Below are positions 28,086 through 40,931 of a stretch of 64,000 nt of DNA, in pieces. Under the pieces are notes generated by a model, which was given only the letters and a program-made list of their open reading frames with translations, searched no databases and was not told the origin of the DNA. The stretch covers positions 7,578,229 through 7,642,228 of the forward strand of contig NC_068995.1 of the NCBI RefSeq assembly GCF_001194135.2. Reading direction: 5' to 3'. Each line of letters opens with the position of its first letter. Positions within the stretch are counted from its first letter, which is position 1. This stretch comes from Octopus bimaculoides. Lineage: Eukaryota. A program made the position numbers and the translations under genes.

Positions 28086-28419
28086 ATCTTAAAATATAAA
28101 TTTTGATGATTAGTAAGGGAATTATTATCTGTGTCGAATGTTTTTGAAAGCTTTGTACTGTGTAGAAAACCGGCCAAAACATAACAAAAATCTATTTCTT
28201 TGCAGCACATCAAACGCATCGATTTCATTGTACACAAACCTTTTAGCAGAAATGTTTACATTGTAAATGTAAACGAGCAGATGTCTTTCTAAATGGTTCG
28301 TTTAATTATTCTGGTAATGAAACTGCGAATTTCAGAGAAGAAAAGATCTTTAGAGATTGTTGCAAGCTTACGTATAACATGAAATGTATTGTTAGTTAAT
28401 TAGCAAATTAAATAAGGAA

Positions 28420-28478
<59 letters not shown>

Positions 28479-28726
28479 NNNNNNNNNNNNNNNNNNNNNN
28501 NNNNNNNNNNNNNNNNNNNNNNNNNNNNNNNNNNNNNNNNNNNNNNNNNNNNNNNNNNNNNNNNNNNNNNNNNNNNNNNNNNNNNNNNNNNNNNNNNNNN
28601 NNNNNNNNNNNNNNNNNNNNNNNNNNNNNNNNNNNNNNNNNNNNNNNNNNNNNNNNNNNNNNNNNNNNNNNNNNNNNNNNNNNNNNNNNNNNNNNNNNNN
28701 NNNNNNNNNNNNNNNNNNNNNNNNNN

Positions 28727-28776
<50 letters not shown>

Positions 28777-29549
28777 TGTGTGTGTGTATGTAAACTGTTG
28801 TAATACTGGTAGAGGAAGTGGGTGGTGATGCTGAAGTTTTGATATGTATGAATTCTTTGAATAGCATCATTAAATATAGTGTTGAACGTTACAAAGCCCC
28901 AGGTGGTTCCACGAAAGTGAAGAAATGAAGAAAGACTGTTTGTAGTATGTGCAAATTATGCCGATGGAAACGGCGGGCGTTTGTTAGCTTATCAAATTGG
29001 GTTCTTCTGTGAATTCTAACTCAGATCTACTTGAAGTAAACATACTGTAGCCGCCAGATGATAAAGTGAATATTTATAAATAAAACCAAAAATGGTAAGC
29101 GAGGAAAAAAAAAATTACCATGAAGAGAATAGAAATATTGCTAGCCTTTAGAATTTTCCAAAGAATGGCATCAAACTGACATTTTAGATAGAGAATACAA
29201 CTCCTGGATATCTCTTTATCGGATCATATTGAGTAAAACGTTTGGCGAAAGCAGAGAAAGAAAGAAAAAAACTACGGTAACAAAGATCTGAGGTTTACTC
29301 AGTACATGTAATTTTTACTGTTTTGTTCGAATGCTTGGTAGATTTTCAAAGAAAACGTGCATGAAAAAATGAGAATTAGCCGTATCCTTAGAAGAGGAAG
29401 AAAAATATCCATTAATTTTTTGCATATAATCTATATTTCATTCAATTATGTGCCAACAGCTAAAAGAGTTCTGATTGTCGATGACACTTATGACTTTCTC
29501 CAGAAATGTCTGGTGGTTTTTGGATTGATACAATGGACTAGTAAATAAT

Positions 29550-29868
29550 ACTGGTTTCAAATTTTGATACAATGCCAGCAATTTCAGGGAAGGTAAGTAA
29601 GTCAATTATATCGCCCGCTCCCGTGGTACAACTGATACTTATTTTATCGACATCCAAAGGATGAAATTCAAAGTCGACCACGCTGTCATTTGAACACTGA
29701 ACGCGATGTTCGGAAAATGCCGCTAAGCATTTTCTTCCGGCGCGGGAACGATTGTGACAACATGCGACCTTGGACCAGTAAATAATGCTCATTTCAAATT
29801 TTGGCACAAAGCTAGGAATTTCGGGGGAGAGGGATAAGTCGATTACATCGACCCCTAGTACTTAACTG
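29550..29868 (-). mobile_element. SINE family A head-to-tail pair (full copy 29550-29770, 3' fragment 29787-29868)
   Basis: Two family A tails in the same orientation. The full copy is bracketed by tggac(t/c)agtaaataat at 29534-29549 and 29771-29786. Confidence 0.75.
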
Positions 29869-30996
29869 GCCTTCGTATTTTCCGTTTATAATAGTATAAT
29901 CATTTTCAATATTTTTGCATACGTGCTGTATATGAACGTTCGTGCTTCGGTGCCCCGACATGCATACGAACTCAATACAGTCATATACAATATAAGCCAA
30001 AACCTGACATAGTTGTACTACACCTAACACACAATCCGAATCTCTATAATTACAAATTAAGAAAATTTAGCAGTTCGACATCTTTCTACAAAATTGAAGA
30101 ACTAAATATTCTCAAAGTAACAATATTCATTTACTTTTACCGTCAGTCGCAGATAATCGCGAACGTCATCAAATTATAAATGTATTTGTAAAGTTATTCA
30201 TAAGACCCACCAGGAGGTGTAACTTTTTATTTATCATAAATTTCTAAAGAATTTTTCAATTTACAAATCAACAGTTTTCGTATATTTGCTCATTCACAGG
30301 TTTACAACAGAGGCTTTCGTAAAAGTTTAATAGAAATCTTCGTAAGAACTTTTCATAGAAAAATTTCTATAGAGAGTCAAATCGAATCTACAATTGCTTC
30401 CATAGAATACAAAAGAATAAGTACTCTATGTTTCGTCATGAACTGGAAATATATGAAGAGTGAGAGAGGGGGAGATAGGAATCAAAGGAGAGACACAGAC
30501 AGAATGAGGGGGGGGTAAGGAATGAGAGAGATCGTGGGAAGTTGAATAGGTGATGACTTTTCGTATTCGAAGATAAACAATTCTGTTGAGATTATTTATT
30601 GATAGAATTTTTACATAAACAAAAATGCCACTTGCTGTGAGGTTAAGAAACACATCTTCGTATCACCTTGCCAGGGATTCGACCACGCCGTTGGTGGTGT
30701 TGGGCAAGTTTTTTTTTTGTCACTGTATTAAGATAGACTACCATCTCATCAGATGAGATTAGATCAACGAAACTGAATGGAATCTGCTCACTTTGCGTAT
30801 ATATAGTTGGAATTCACCAAACAACAAAAGACGAAGACAGGTGTGTAAACAACAAACAGGTGTACTAGCTTAACGTTAGGGAAGGTGAGAAAGTATTTTA
30901 TGTTTCGAGCCTACGCTCTTCAACAGAATGAAACACGAAAAAATAAACGGAGAGAGAATAAAAAAAAACAAAGCTTTAATAGCTAGCGGTGAATCA

Positions 30997-31116
<120 letters not shown>

Positions 31117-31124
31117 GAGAGAGT

Positions 31125-31316
31125 CTTTCAGAAGATAAAATTAAGTTTAACATAACTTGGTGTATTGTAAGGCACGCAAAGCCATACAATATCGTTTCCA
31201 GGAGATGCCGTCTCTGTTCCGAGGAATCTCTGTCTATTCTGTGGACCAATGAGAGGATCATTGTACACGACTGCAAATCTCTCTATCGAGTGACTTTCCT
31301 TCACGTCAAAAGCTAA
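31125..31316 (+). mobile_element. Penelope-like element ORF C-terminus (GIY-YIG region tail)
   Basis: Stop-free frame LSEDKIKFNITWCIVRHAKPYNIVSRRCRLCSEESLSIL...HDCK...*, matching the PLE C-terminal W-x-I...PY-x5-CxLC-x-xE pattern as I know it. A degraded HHR follows at 31479-31520. Confidence 0.65.
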
Positions 31317-32199
31317 CCGAGTCAATGACCAAAGAGCGGTCGACAAACTAACAAACTGAAGTAAATGATACAGCTGATATCACCAACTAAAAAGCCATCA
31401 AGCTGGAACACAAGAATGGCTGCAATCCAAAGAGTAGATCCTGCAAAAAACTTTCAGAAAGTCATCCACCATTTGGTGTTCTCTGAAGAGAATCATTCTC
31501 ATCAAAACCGCTGCAAAATCGTCATGGAAAATACAGAACGTTAATTTTATGGTAGGTGAACCTAGAAAGCAAAAACAAAGCTATTTTCTATTTTGGAAGC
31601 CCAAAATAAACAGAATTTCTTTGACCACAAACTTGTGAATCCTTGTTTTAACGGATGCGAAATTAAAACAGATTCGGAACATAAACATAATGAATTCAAA
31701 CAGGGTTTCTGCTGAGCTATTAATATTCTCTTTAAAAAGGTATGGAAACGATATGAGGTTCGGTGTTATTGATGTTATTTCGTAGAAACAACACAGAGCA
31801 ATGGGCGCGAAGAGATGCCAAAAGCTGGAACTAATATAATTGATGCTTCATTGCATACTTTTTCTGATCAATTAAACTCTAATGACATAAATTGCCTGAC
31901 TTAGTCGCTGAATACTTCGGGGAAATAACTTTGCCTGACTCTATTCCGTGATTCAATAGACCTTTGCTGGAATGAGGCGAAATGCGTGAAATATATAATA
32001 ATAACAACAGCAAAAACAGCAACAGACAACAACAATAATAATAAACAGTTTTGATGATAAAAATGATAATGATGACGATGTTAATGATAATAACGATAAT
32101 AATAATAATAATAATTTTGATGATGATCATGAACATGGTGAGGATCCGTAAGATATTAATGATAATTATTTCTACGTTAACAACTCTAGCAAATAATAC

Positions 32200-32380
32200 T
32201 AGTCCTACGGAGGAGCGGTAAAATATTCTATTGACCCTAGTGCTCAACTGGTCGTTATTTTATTGACCTCGAGAGGATGAATGACTAAGTCGACCTCAGC
32301 AGAATTTGAACTAACAACGTGAAGACGGACGAAATTCTCCTAAGCATTTTGACCAGCGTGCTAATATTTCTGGTAGCTCA

Positions 32381-32383
<3 letters not shown>
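32200..32383 (-). mobile_element. SINE family A
   Basis: Minus strand gtgagctaccagaaatattagcacgctggtcaaaatgcttagg...gttcaaattctgctgaggtcgacttagtcattcatcc. Confidence 0.8.

Positions 32384-32443
<60 letters not shown>
32384..32443. repeat. (AAT)n microsatellite between a SINE head and a Dong-like fragment
   Basis: Read directly from sequence. Confidence 0.95.
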
Positions 32444-32444
<1 letters not shown>

Positions 32445-32755
32445 TGGAACCTGAAGACCCTTGAAATAGAAATTAGCAAAATGTGAAACCTGAAGATTAA
32501 AACAATACCTGTTGTCGTAGGTGCCCTAGAAATGATAGCAAAAGGGAGCTAGGTCAGATACCAAGAAACCTCAAAATGGCAGAAATTCAAAAGACAATGC
32601 TCATGGAAACTACCCATATCCTACATAAGATAATGTCTATGTATTCTCAAATTTTAAAATAAACTCATAATTTTCTTATATTTTCTTAAACATTCTCTAG
32701 AACAACACTATGTACAAAACCAAATATATGACACCCTAGGCATTACACCAACATG
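32444..32755 (+). mobile_element. R4/Dong-like non-LTR retrotransposon, 5'-truncated 3' fragment
   Basis: LEIEISKM*NLKIKTIPVVVGALEMIAKG.../LGQIPRNLKMAEIQKTMLMETTHILHKIMS matches the R4-clade RLE C-terminus. It begins directly after (AAT)n. Confidence 0.75.
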
Positions 32756-33906
32756 AACTNNNNNNNNNNNNNNNNNNNNNNNNNNNNNNNNNNNNNNNNN
32801 NNNNNNNNNNNNNNNNNNNNNNNNNNNNNNNNNNNNNNNNNNNNNNNNNNNNNNNNNNNNNNNNNNNNNNNNNNNNNNNNNNNNNNNNNNNNNNNNNNNN
32901 NNNNNNNNNNNNNNNNNNNNNNNNNNNNNNNNNNNNNNNNNNNNNNNNNNNNNNNNNNNNNNNNNNNNNNNNNNNNNNNNNNNNNNNNNNNNNNNNNNNN
33001 NNNNNNNNNNNNNNNNNNNNNNNNNNNNNNNNNNNNNNNNNNNNNNNNNNNNNNNNNNNNNNNNNNNNNNNNNNNNNNNNNNNNNNNNNNNNNNATATAT
33101 ATATATATATATATATATACATACTTACATACACATACAACCACTCATGTACATTCACACACACACAGACAGAGACACACACAGACACACACAGACACAC
33201 ACATATTTATGTATTTATATATACCTGTGTGCATCAAATTCATTCGGATGTTAAGCTCATCAGCGTGCACAGGCTATCAGATATAAAATGTAAACTGGAA
33301 ACCGTTTGTTTTCCAGATTACATTTACGAACATAAATATGCATAGAGATTATTTTTAATTATCAATTATTTCCCAGTGATTGTATAGAAAATGGATGGAG
33401 TTAGTCGTTTTATTACATAAATTTACAGTTCTCTAATCTATATACGATCTCAAGTGAATTGTTATATTATTATATAACATATTCAAACATAGAATTATGA
33501 GGTATCGTTATAGTGATACAATCGAAATTCGACGCTACAGAGTTACGTGTTAAATACATCCTTTTCCGTCAGTTATATTCTCAGGAATTGATACCAACAG
33601 CCAGCAGCTGCGTTGGCTTATAATTTATCTCAGGAATCTATAATTACGTATATTCTATACAAATGTAATAATAAACTTGAGATCGACTATCGAAAAAATA
33701 GTAAATATACCTAATAAAACAAATTGCTTACTTCATACTTCTTGTGAATAATTACACACACACAAATATATAAAATGTATATAGACATAAGCATATTTAT
33801 GAATACATGAGTAAGTTTATACATATATATATATATCATCATTATCAATATATGTTCAACAGATCTTATATCCGAAAAAGAAGCTCACTCTAATGTATAG
33901 AGCAGT

Positions 33907-34012
33907 AATGGTTTCTCATCCACAAACGGCTTAGCCTGATAGACGGCTCGTCAGACTTTAGGGTCTGACGAACCGCCCATGCGGCTAAGCCAATAGAAGA
34001 TGTGAAACCATT
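33907..34012 (-). other. 106-nt imperfect hairpin with no indels
   Basis: Two 50-nt arms and a 6-nt loop; 39 of 50 positions are Watson-Crick, and 5 C-A mismatches become G-U on the minus strand. Confidence 0.8.
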
Positions 34013-34683
34013 GGTCTTTCTATGACCAGATATAGGCTTAATTACATGCATACTTACATACATACATACATACATACATTCATCCATACATACATTCATA
34101 GAGGCATACATACATTCATACATACATACATACATTCTTACATACATACATCCGTACATTCATACATACATACATACATACATACATACATACATACACA
34201 CATACGTACATGCATACATACATAAATAAATTCATACACACATACATATTACTGAACAGATGACGGTTTTACAATAGCTATTTATTGTATATGTGCCTCA
34301 TGTCAGTTAAATGCAACACTTCATCACAACATTTACCTCTGTGTACAGATAAGTCTAACTTTCAGTCTATCCCAGAGTGACAACATTTCTCACATGTTTG
34401 GCAAGCATTTGAATATAATTTCTTTGGTTCACTGCCATAAAAGAACAGACGTATATAATATATCTTTGTGATATATCAGCGTGAGACTTCTGTAAAGAAT
34501 AAGTTTTGTTTTTTTTCTAACCATATGCTTGATTTGAGAATTGTTGCAATTTTATTAACAAGGATTGCGAAGCTGCTTGACACGATGTCAATTTATTTGA
34601 AGAAATAAAGTTTTTTTATTTCGATGTTATAACGTATTATCTTAGGATNNNNNNNNNNNNNNNNNNNNNNNNNNNNNNNNNNN

Positions 34684-34718
<35 letters not shown>

Positions 34719-35160
34719 TGTATGTATGTACGTATGTATGTATGTACGCATTTATATATATTTATATATATATATATACATATGCACACATACACAAACA
34801 TAAACGCACAAACAAATAAATAAATATATACACGAATGCTCATGCATGCATATATGTTATGTATGTAGAAAAAGAGAGAGAAGAAGAAAGATAGAGAGAG
34901 AGAGAGAGAAAAAAAGAGAGGGAGAGAGAGTGCAGTAGAAAAATATCATATTGAAAGTAAATATGCTATGGTGTTTGTTTTTATAGACCCGCATGACTGA
35001 ACGAATTGCAATTTGACTGGAATGATGGATCATTCTAACAAGTAATTCTCGAACTGATTCTGTGTTCGAACGAATAACATTACAAATTCCGCAATCATTT
35101 GTTCAATGAAGCATAGGCCCAGAAACATGAGAAATGTAATGGCTTTTTGAGCATACACAC

Positions 35161-35200
<40 letters not shown>

Positions 35201-35953
35201 TATTTATATTTATGTATATATATATACATATATATAATATACATACATATATATATGTATGTACACATATGTACATATACGTATGTATACATATATATAT
35301 ATGTATATATGTATATATAAATANNNNNNNNNNNNNNNNNNNNNNNNNNNNNNNNNNNNNNNNNNNNNNNNNNNNNNNNNNNNNNNNNNNNNNNNNNNNN
35401 NNNNNNNNNNNNNNNNNNNNNNNNNNNNNNNNNNNNNNNNNNNNNNNNNNNNNNNNNNNNNNNNNNNNNNNNNNNNNNNNNNNNNNNNNNNNNNNNNNNN
35501 NNNNNNNNNNNNNNNNNNNNNNNNNNNNNNNNNNNNNNNNNNNNNNNNNNNNNNNNNNNNNNNNNNNNNNNNNNNNNNNNNNNNNNNNNNNNNNNNNNNN
35601 NNNNNNNNNNNNNNNNNNNNNNNNNNNNNNNNNNNNNNNNNNNNNNNNNNNNNNNNNNNNNNNNNNNNNNNNNNNNNNNNNNNNNNNNNNNNNNNNNNNN
35701 NNNNNNNNNNNNNNNNNNNNNNNNNNNNNNNNNNNNNNNNNNNNNNNNNNNNNNNNNNNNNNNNNNNNNNNNNNNNNNNNNNNNNNNNNNNNNNNNNNNN
35801 NNNNNNNNNNNNNNNNNNNNNNNNNNNNNNNNNNNNNNNNNNNNNNNNNNNNNNNNNNNNNNNNNNNNNNNNNNNNNNNNNNNNNNNNNNNNNNNNNNNN
35901 NNNNNNNNNNNNNNNNNNNNNNNNNNNNNNNNNNNNNNNNNNNNNNNNNNNNN

Positions 35954-36012
<59 letters not shown>

Positions 36013-36422
36013 GTGTGTGTGTTTGTTGTCATATATGATAACGTATGCAGACATTTAGTTAAAGAGCGCATTGAAAAGTATAACAATTGCGAACATTGAT
36101 TAGGAATAGGAATCGTTACAAATGCAGAGTCAGAAGTTATTAAAAGTTATTTCAGCAGTGGCTTCAATGATTGTTTATTAGATTTCATTATTATTTAATC
36201 CTGCCAATATTATTCAGCGATGAGATACCTTTACTGAATATTGCTAGATGTTTTTAATGTTAACTATGTCTAGCTATCTATATGCAGCGATAAATATATA
36301 CAGCAATAAAACTACTTTATTCTTCTATTTTATGAATTTATTCTTCTCTTTTGTTTCTTATAAACTGGGAATTTTATTTCTTGTAAATTGCAAATTTTCC
36401 CCGTCTAAAATATTCATATCTT

Positions 36423-36499
36423 GTCTCTGATGACGGAATACCCAGAGCACGGACATGCTAACGAACCACTTGGGTTATCCCAGAAACAGCTGTAAAGAC
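36423..36499 (+). ncRNA. Type-I hammerhead ribozyme motif, core intact, stem II decayed
   Basis: gtct-CTGATGA-cggaataccca...tgggttatccca-GAAAC-agct-GTA-a-agac. Confidence 0.7.
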
Positions 36500-36625
36500 T
36501 TCAAATTCACTTTATCCTATTTAAATTATTCTAAATGACTTGAGATACTTGCTCTGCCTTGGTTTTGATTTTCCCTCTAATATGATATATATATTAGAAA
36601 TACTGTAGGTTTAAATCTCTCTATA

Positions 36626-36671
<46 letters not shown>

Positions 36672-36673
36672 TA

Positions 36674-36985
36674 GTGAATGCGCATGGCTTAGTGGTTAGT
36701 GTATTCGGGTCCCGATAGTAAGGCAGTGAGGTCGATTATCGGGAGGCGCGTTGTGTCTTTAAGCAAGTAACTTTATTTGAAGGTCTCCAGTCCGCTCTGT
36801 GGGCAAAAATGAATAGTACTTATAATTCAAACCTCAGCCTTGTCACATTCTGTGTCAGGATGAATGCCCCTGCGTGTCAGTGGAGTACTCAGCCACTTGA
36901 TCGTTAACTTCACGGGCAGGATATTTCGGTGATCGAATCATCTGGAAGAATTGTCGTCGTAACCGACAGAAGGCTCAACCAGCAT
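36674..36985 (+). mobile_element. SINE family C (tRNA head, CORE-like centre)
   Basis: A-box tggcttagtggttag, degenerate B-box gaggtcgattatc, ttgtgtctttaagcaagtaac. The tail is homologous to 49780-49930. Confidence 0.7.
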
Positions 36986-37389
36986 CCATTTGAGTAAGTA
37001 TACATGTATATACACATGGTGTGTTTCTAGCGTCAATCTACTGTAGAATATCTTACAGTTTCATTAAACCCTATTTATTAGGAATAATGGAAATGATGCA
37101 TTTATATACAATATATTTACTATTAGAAGTAAAGAAGTACCTCTATATCCTGAAAAATTCAAGTCATCTTGGAGTTCTATCAGTAGATGTGGATGTTTTT
37201 ACGTATCCAGGAATACGAACACACTACTAATAAAGCCTCTGTTATTAATGGCTAACATTAACTGAATACACCAACATACGTATGTGGCATTTGCTTGATT
37301 GGCATTTTCTAAAATGACTTTTTATTCCTCTCAATACATTTCATTTCAGTTTCACATTTCTCATTTCTTCATTCATATCCCCCCACCCA

Positions 37390-39870
37390 ACTATATTGTC
37401 TTCTGGTGTCTGGTCAATTGTCTTTCCTTCTTTCAATTGTAATATTATTTTAGGTAATGGCACTGGTTATTACGATCGATTTATTTACTTCTTTTCTGTT
37501 ATCATTCCCTTCTGTTTCTCATTCGATCTATTCTTTTGTCATATACTCTCGTTACAACTTTTCGTATCTCTATTCTTAGTGCACAAAACAGTATCGTCTG
37601 CATATTTTCGATTACTGATATACATGCTCTTCTATTGCCAAGACTGTTATGTCTTTTACTTTTCGTCCGAGCATATTTTCAGTGTACATGTTAAAACGGT
37701 AAAGCGTGGACGCACATCCTTGGTCGATTGATTTCATTGTTTTAAAGTGAAAGTTTTTTCCTGTTTAGTTCTTACAACAGTTTTTGCTCCAAGTAATTTC
37801 CGGCTACTATTTGGAGGTTTCTCCTACATATCTCCTATTCTGATTGGCATTCAGTTGTCTTGCATATTTCATTCCGTCTAATGCCTAAAAAAAATCACGT
37901 GTAGAACTGTTTCACTTTAGTACGATATTCCGGCATAAGTTGTTGTACAGGGGCTTAAAACCATGACATATTTTCATTTTAGTGGTGCCGCGAAATTCAG
38001 TTTTGAACTCTATTCGTCATGTGAATAAACTATTCACTAGACGTACGTGGCTTATAACTCTAAATTCTGTTAGACTTGAGCTTTTGGGGCTTCTTTGGTA
38101 ATCAACCAAAGATAGATCAGGTGATAACTTGGCACGCGTCCCAACTCATGTTTTAAACTACGTAAGTATCTCATTAGATTTAATTTCTGATTGCTCAATG
38201 CTTTTAAAGCTTCTGTGACTATGTCGTCTGCTACAATTGCCTTTTCACACTTAAGCGTCTTTATTGCCTGTTATATTTCCTCTTGTAAGATTTTGTTTCC
38301 CTGAGAAACTCCGGCGCAGGACACAGCTGTTCATATCATCATAGATTTTGTTTATCTTTTCAACCCGTTTAAATACAATCTATGCATTAACAAACATTCT
38401 ATTTCCATTTCTGCTAGTATTTTTAATTGAACGGTAAGCCCAATCAATATATTCTCTTTGGCATTCATTGATCCCCTACCATTCGAAACATTAATTGAGG
38501 TTTTTATATTCTTTTACTATTCTTTGTAGGCCTAGTAGTTTTTCTATCGTTCTGTTTTGCCGAACCGCTAAGTTACACACCAACAACAGTTGTCAAGCAA
38601 TGGTGGTGGGGGGACAAACGAATACTGGAGCCGATGGTATCGACTGGTCACTTCTCTAGAAACTGCTGGATTTGTGCCCAAATCATTAATCATTTTATCA
38701 CAGATTTCTTTAAATTAATCCTGGTTATGTAAATTCTAAAATTGAAAGCATTGATCATCTAGTCATTCATTAGTCTTGTTTTTCGTTTCTTTTCATTCAG
38801 GATACATCTCTTTATTCTGGGTATTGTATGTATTTCGCATCATTATTTTTGTATTTCTTCATTTTCTTTCATTTGTTCGATAGATTATGCAGTCATTCAT
38901 TTTCTTCGCTTCCTTCAATCATTCAGACAATGTTTTCTTTGCTAATGTGTTACAACCCAATTTTAATTGTGTGCTATTTTTCTTCACTTTGGTCTTTACT
39001 TTATGTTTATATTTTATATCCATTCTTCATTCTGTAAATATTCATCCTCACCTTGTATTTCCACACACATTTCTGTTTGTTTTCTGTCTCCTTTCACGAA
39101 CGCCATTGTTCTAGCCTTTTAACAATCTTCATTTTATTAAGTTTGATTTCTAATTTAATTACCACTGGATTATGGTATGAATCGATAGTTACTCCAGGGT
39201 ACGGTTTTGCAAGCGCTACACTGTATCTAAGCCAGTGCTTTTAACACGATATAATGTATCTGATTTCTTGGTTATGTCACCTCGACTCTTCCGCATGCAT
39301 AACTTTAATGGTGACTACTGCAATAGATTGTTGGTGACTGCTAGATTGTTTCTTTCGCATAAACAGATTACTTGGTCATCTCTGTCGTTTCTTTCACCTA
39401 ATACAGATTGACCTGTTATATTGTATGTATGTTCTCTGTCATTATGGTTCTAGTTTCTTTTAGCTTTCGTTTAGATTAATCTTATTTAAATACTCTGCAA
39501 GAATTCTTTACAAGTTCTCTCGTAGTTCCTTCATTACCAATATCTTTGTAATTATCCAATATCCAATAAGTGATTTATTTTTGGAGTTTTGATTTTAATT
39601 CCGTCTCTTCTTGTACTTGTTTATTCTTTGACCAGAATACAACTTTGTTCGATTTTCTCATACAATTTTAGCATCATCTTTCTATTTTGAATTATATATT
39701 CCTGTGATGTCAATATTTGTTTTCCCTTTTTCAATAAAAGGAATTTTTTCTATTTGTAAAAATACTCTGATGTTCCAAGTTCCTTCGTGTAAGCGCTTCT
39801 TTCTAGTTTTCCGAGAAGCAATATCAGATTGTTGCCTCTCATTATTGTTTGGTGTATAGTCACATCTAGA
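37390..39870 (-). mobile_element. Highly decayed RTE-clade LINE (APE endonuclease plus RT), interrupted by SINE fragments
   Basis: Minus strand: LHEGTWNIRV (APE start, about 39766-39790); ILQEEI*QAIKTLKCEKA (about 38250-38300); QGCASTLYRFNMYTENML (about 37675-37722); ISNRKYADDT (YADD at 37593-37604). Confidence 0.8.
38520..38690 (+). mobile_element. Adjacent SINE fragments (family B 3' half, reversed, plus family A tail)
   Basis: ttttgccgaaccgctaagttacacaccaacaacagttgtcaagcaatggtggtgggggacaaac followed by tactggagccgatggtatcgactgg...ttgtgcccaaat. Confidence 0.6.
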
Positions 39871-40820
39871 TTTCCTATTTACAGAGATGTTCGTTTATTG
39901 TTCCCTGCTCATAGAATATGGATCAGCTAATTATTTATCCTGTAGTCAAACCTAATACACGAAAACTTAAGAGCACGTCAGCATTTCACAAATTAAAACT
40001 TGTGACAATATTACTTTGTCTTTATCGTAGACACTAGTGATTTGGTAATCAGTGTTCTATATCAGCGAAGAAAATATTAGACTAAGCATGCGGTTGATAC
40101 TGGATACTTACTACTTAAAACGCACAAATACGCAGAAATCACGGGCTTGGCAAATCCAGCCGTGTTACTGGACGCTTTTCACCTGCAATTGATAAAAAAT
40201 AAAAAATAAAAGAATATATATATATAATATAAAAAAAGTATATGTATATGCATATATACATACATATATGTACATACTTACATCTATACGTATATACATA
40301 TATGCATATGTGGACACAGGACGTGGTGAAACGTGTACAAAAAAAAAATACGAACTACGAGTACATGGAAGATGAACTATTTTTTCGAACAACGAAAGAT
40401 ACAAATGGAAAACAAGACAAGCAACATAAAGAACGACCCTTCATAAGTTGTTGGCTGTTTATTTACTCTCGTATTTCGAACCTTTCTTTGTGTGTGTGTG
40501 TATGTATGTACATGTGTATGTAACTATCATTCCTTTGGTTTATGTAATTTCAAAATTTCAAATATTATCCAAATTTAAATTTAAATATAATTTCTTAAAA
40601 CGTTTTTCAAAACAACGTTGTTTTTTTAATCATCGATTATTTTTAATTGAACATTTACTCTAATCAATATATTCTCTTCGACTTTCATCGATTCCGCATA
40701 GCTCAACCATTAACTGAACATATTTTTATATTTCTTTATTTTACAAAAGTTTCATTTTTTTGTGAAAGGTTTCTTCCCAGATTACGTAAATGCAATCAAC
40801 ATTGTTTGTATTTCTGGGGA

Positions 40821-40893
40821 CGGGCATATGGCATTGTGGTTAAGAGCGCGGGCTACTAACCCCAAGATTCCGAGTTCGATTCCAGGCAGTGAG

Positions 40894-40930
<37 letters not shown>
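40821..40930 (+). mobile_element. SINE family E: tRNA-like head followed by (AAT)n
   Basis: gggcatatggcattgtggttaagagcgcgggctactaaccccaagattccgagttcgattccaggcagtgagctg(aat)n. A second copy lies at 44400-44477 on the minus strand. Confidence 0.8.

Positions 40931-40931
<1 letters not shown>

Noticed and set aside
30720-30760. Minus-strand CTGATGA with a 5-bp stem II; also a faint 5S-like look
   Set aside because: GAAA and NUH are absent, and the 5S similarity is only a few bases.
33945-33995. CTGACGA plus a small hairpin on both strands of the 33.9 kb palindrome as a hammerhead
   Set aside because: The hairpin is followed by CTAAG rather than GAAA, with no stem III or cleavage triplet.
40821-40896. 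tRNA gene with ACT anticodon
   Set aside because: There is no proper acceptor stem, it runs into (AAT)n, and a diverged second copy exists at 44400. It is a SINE head.
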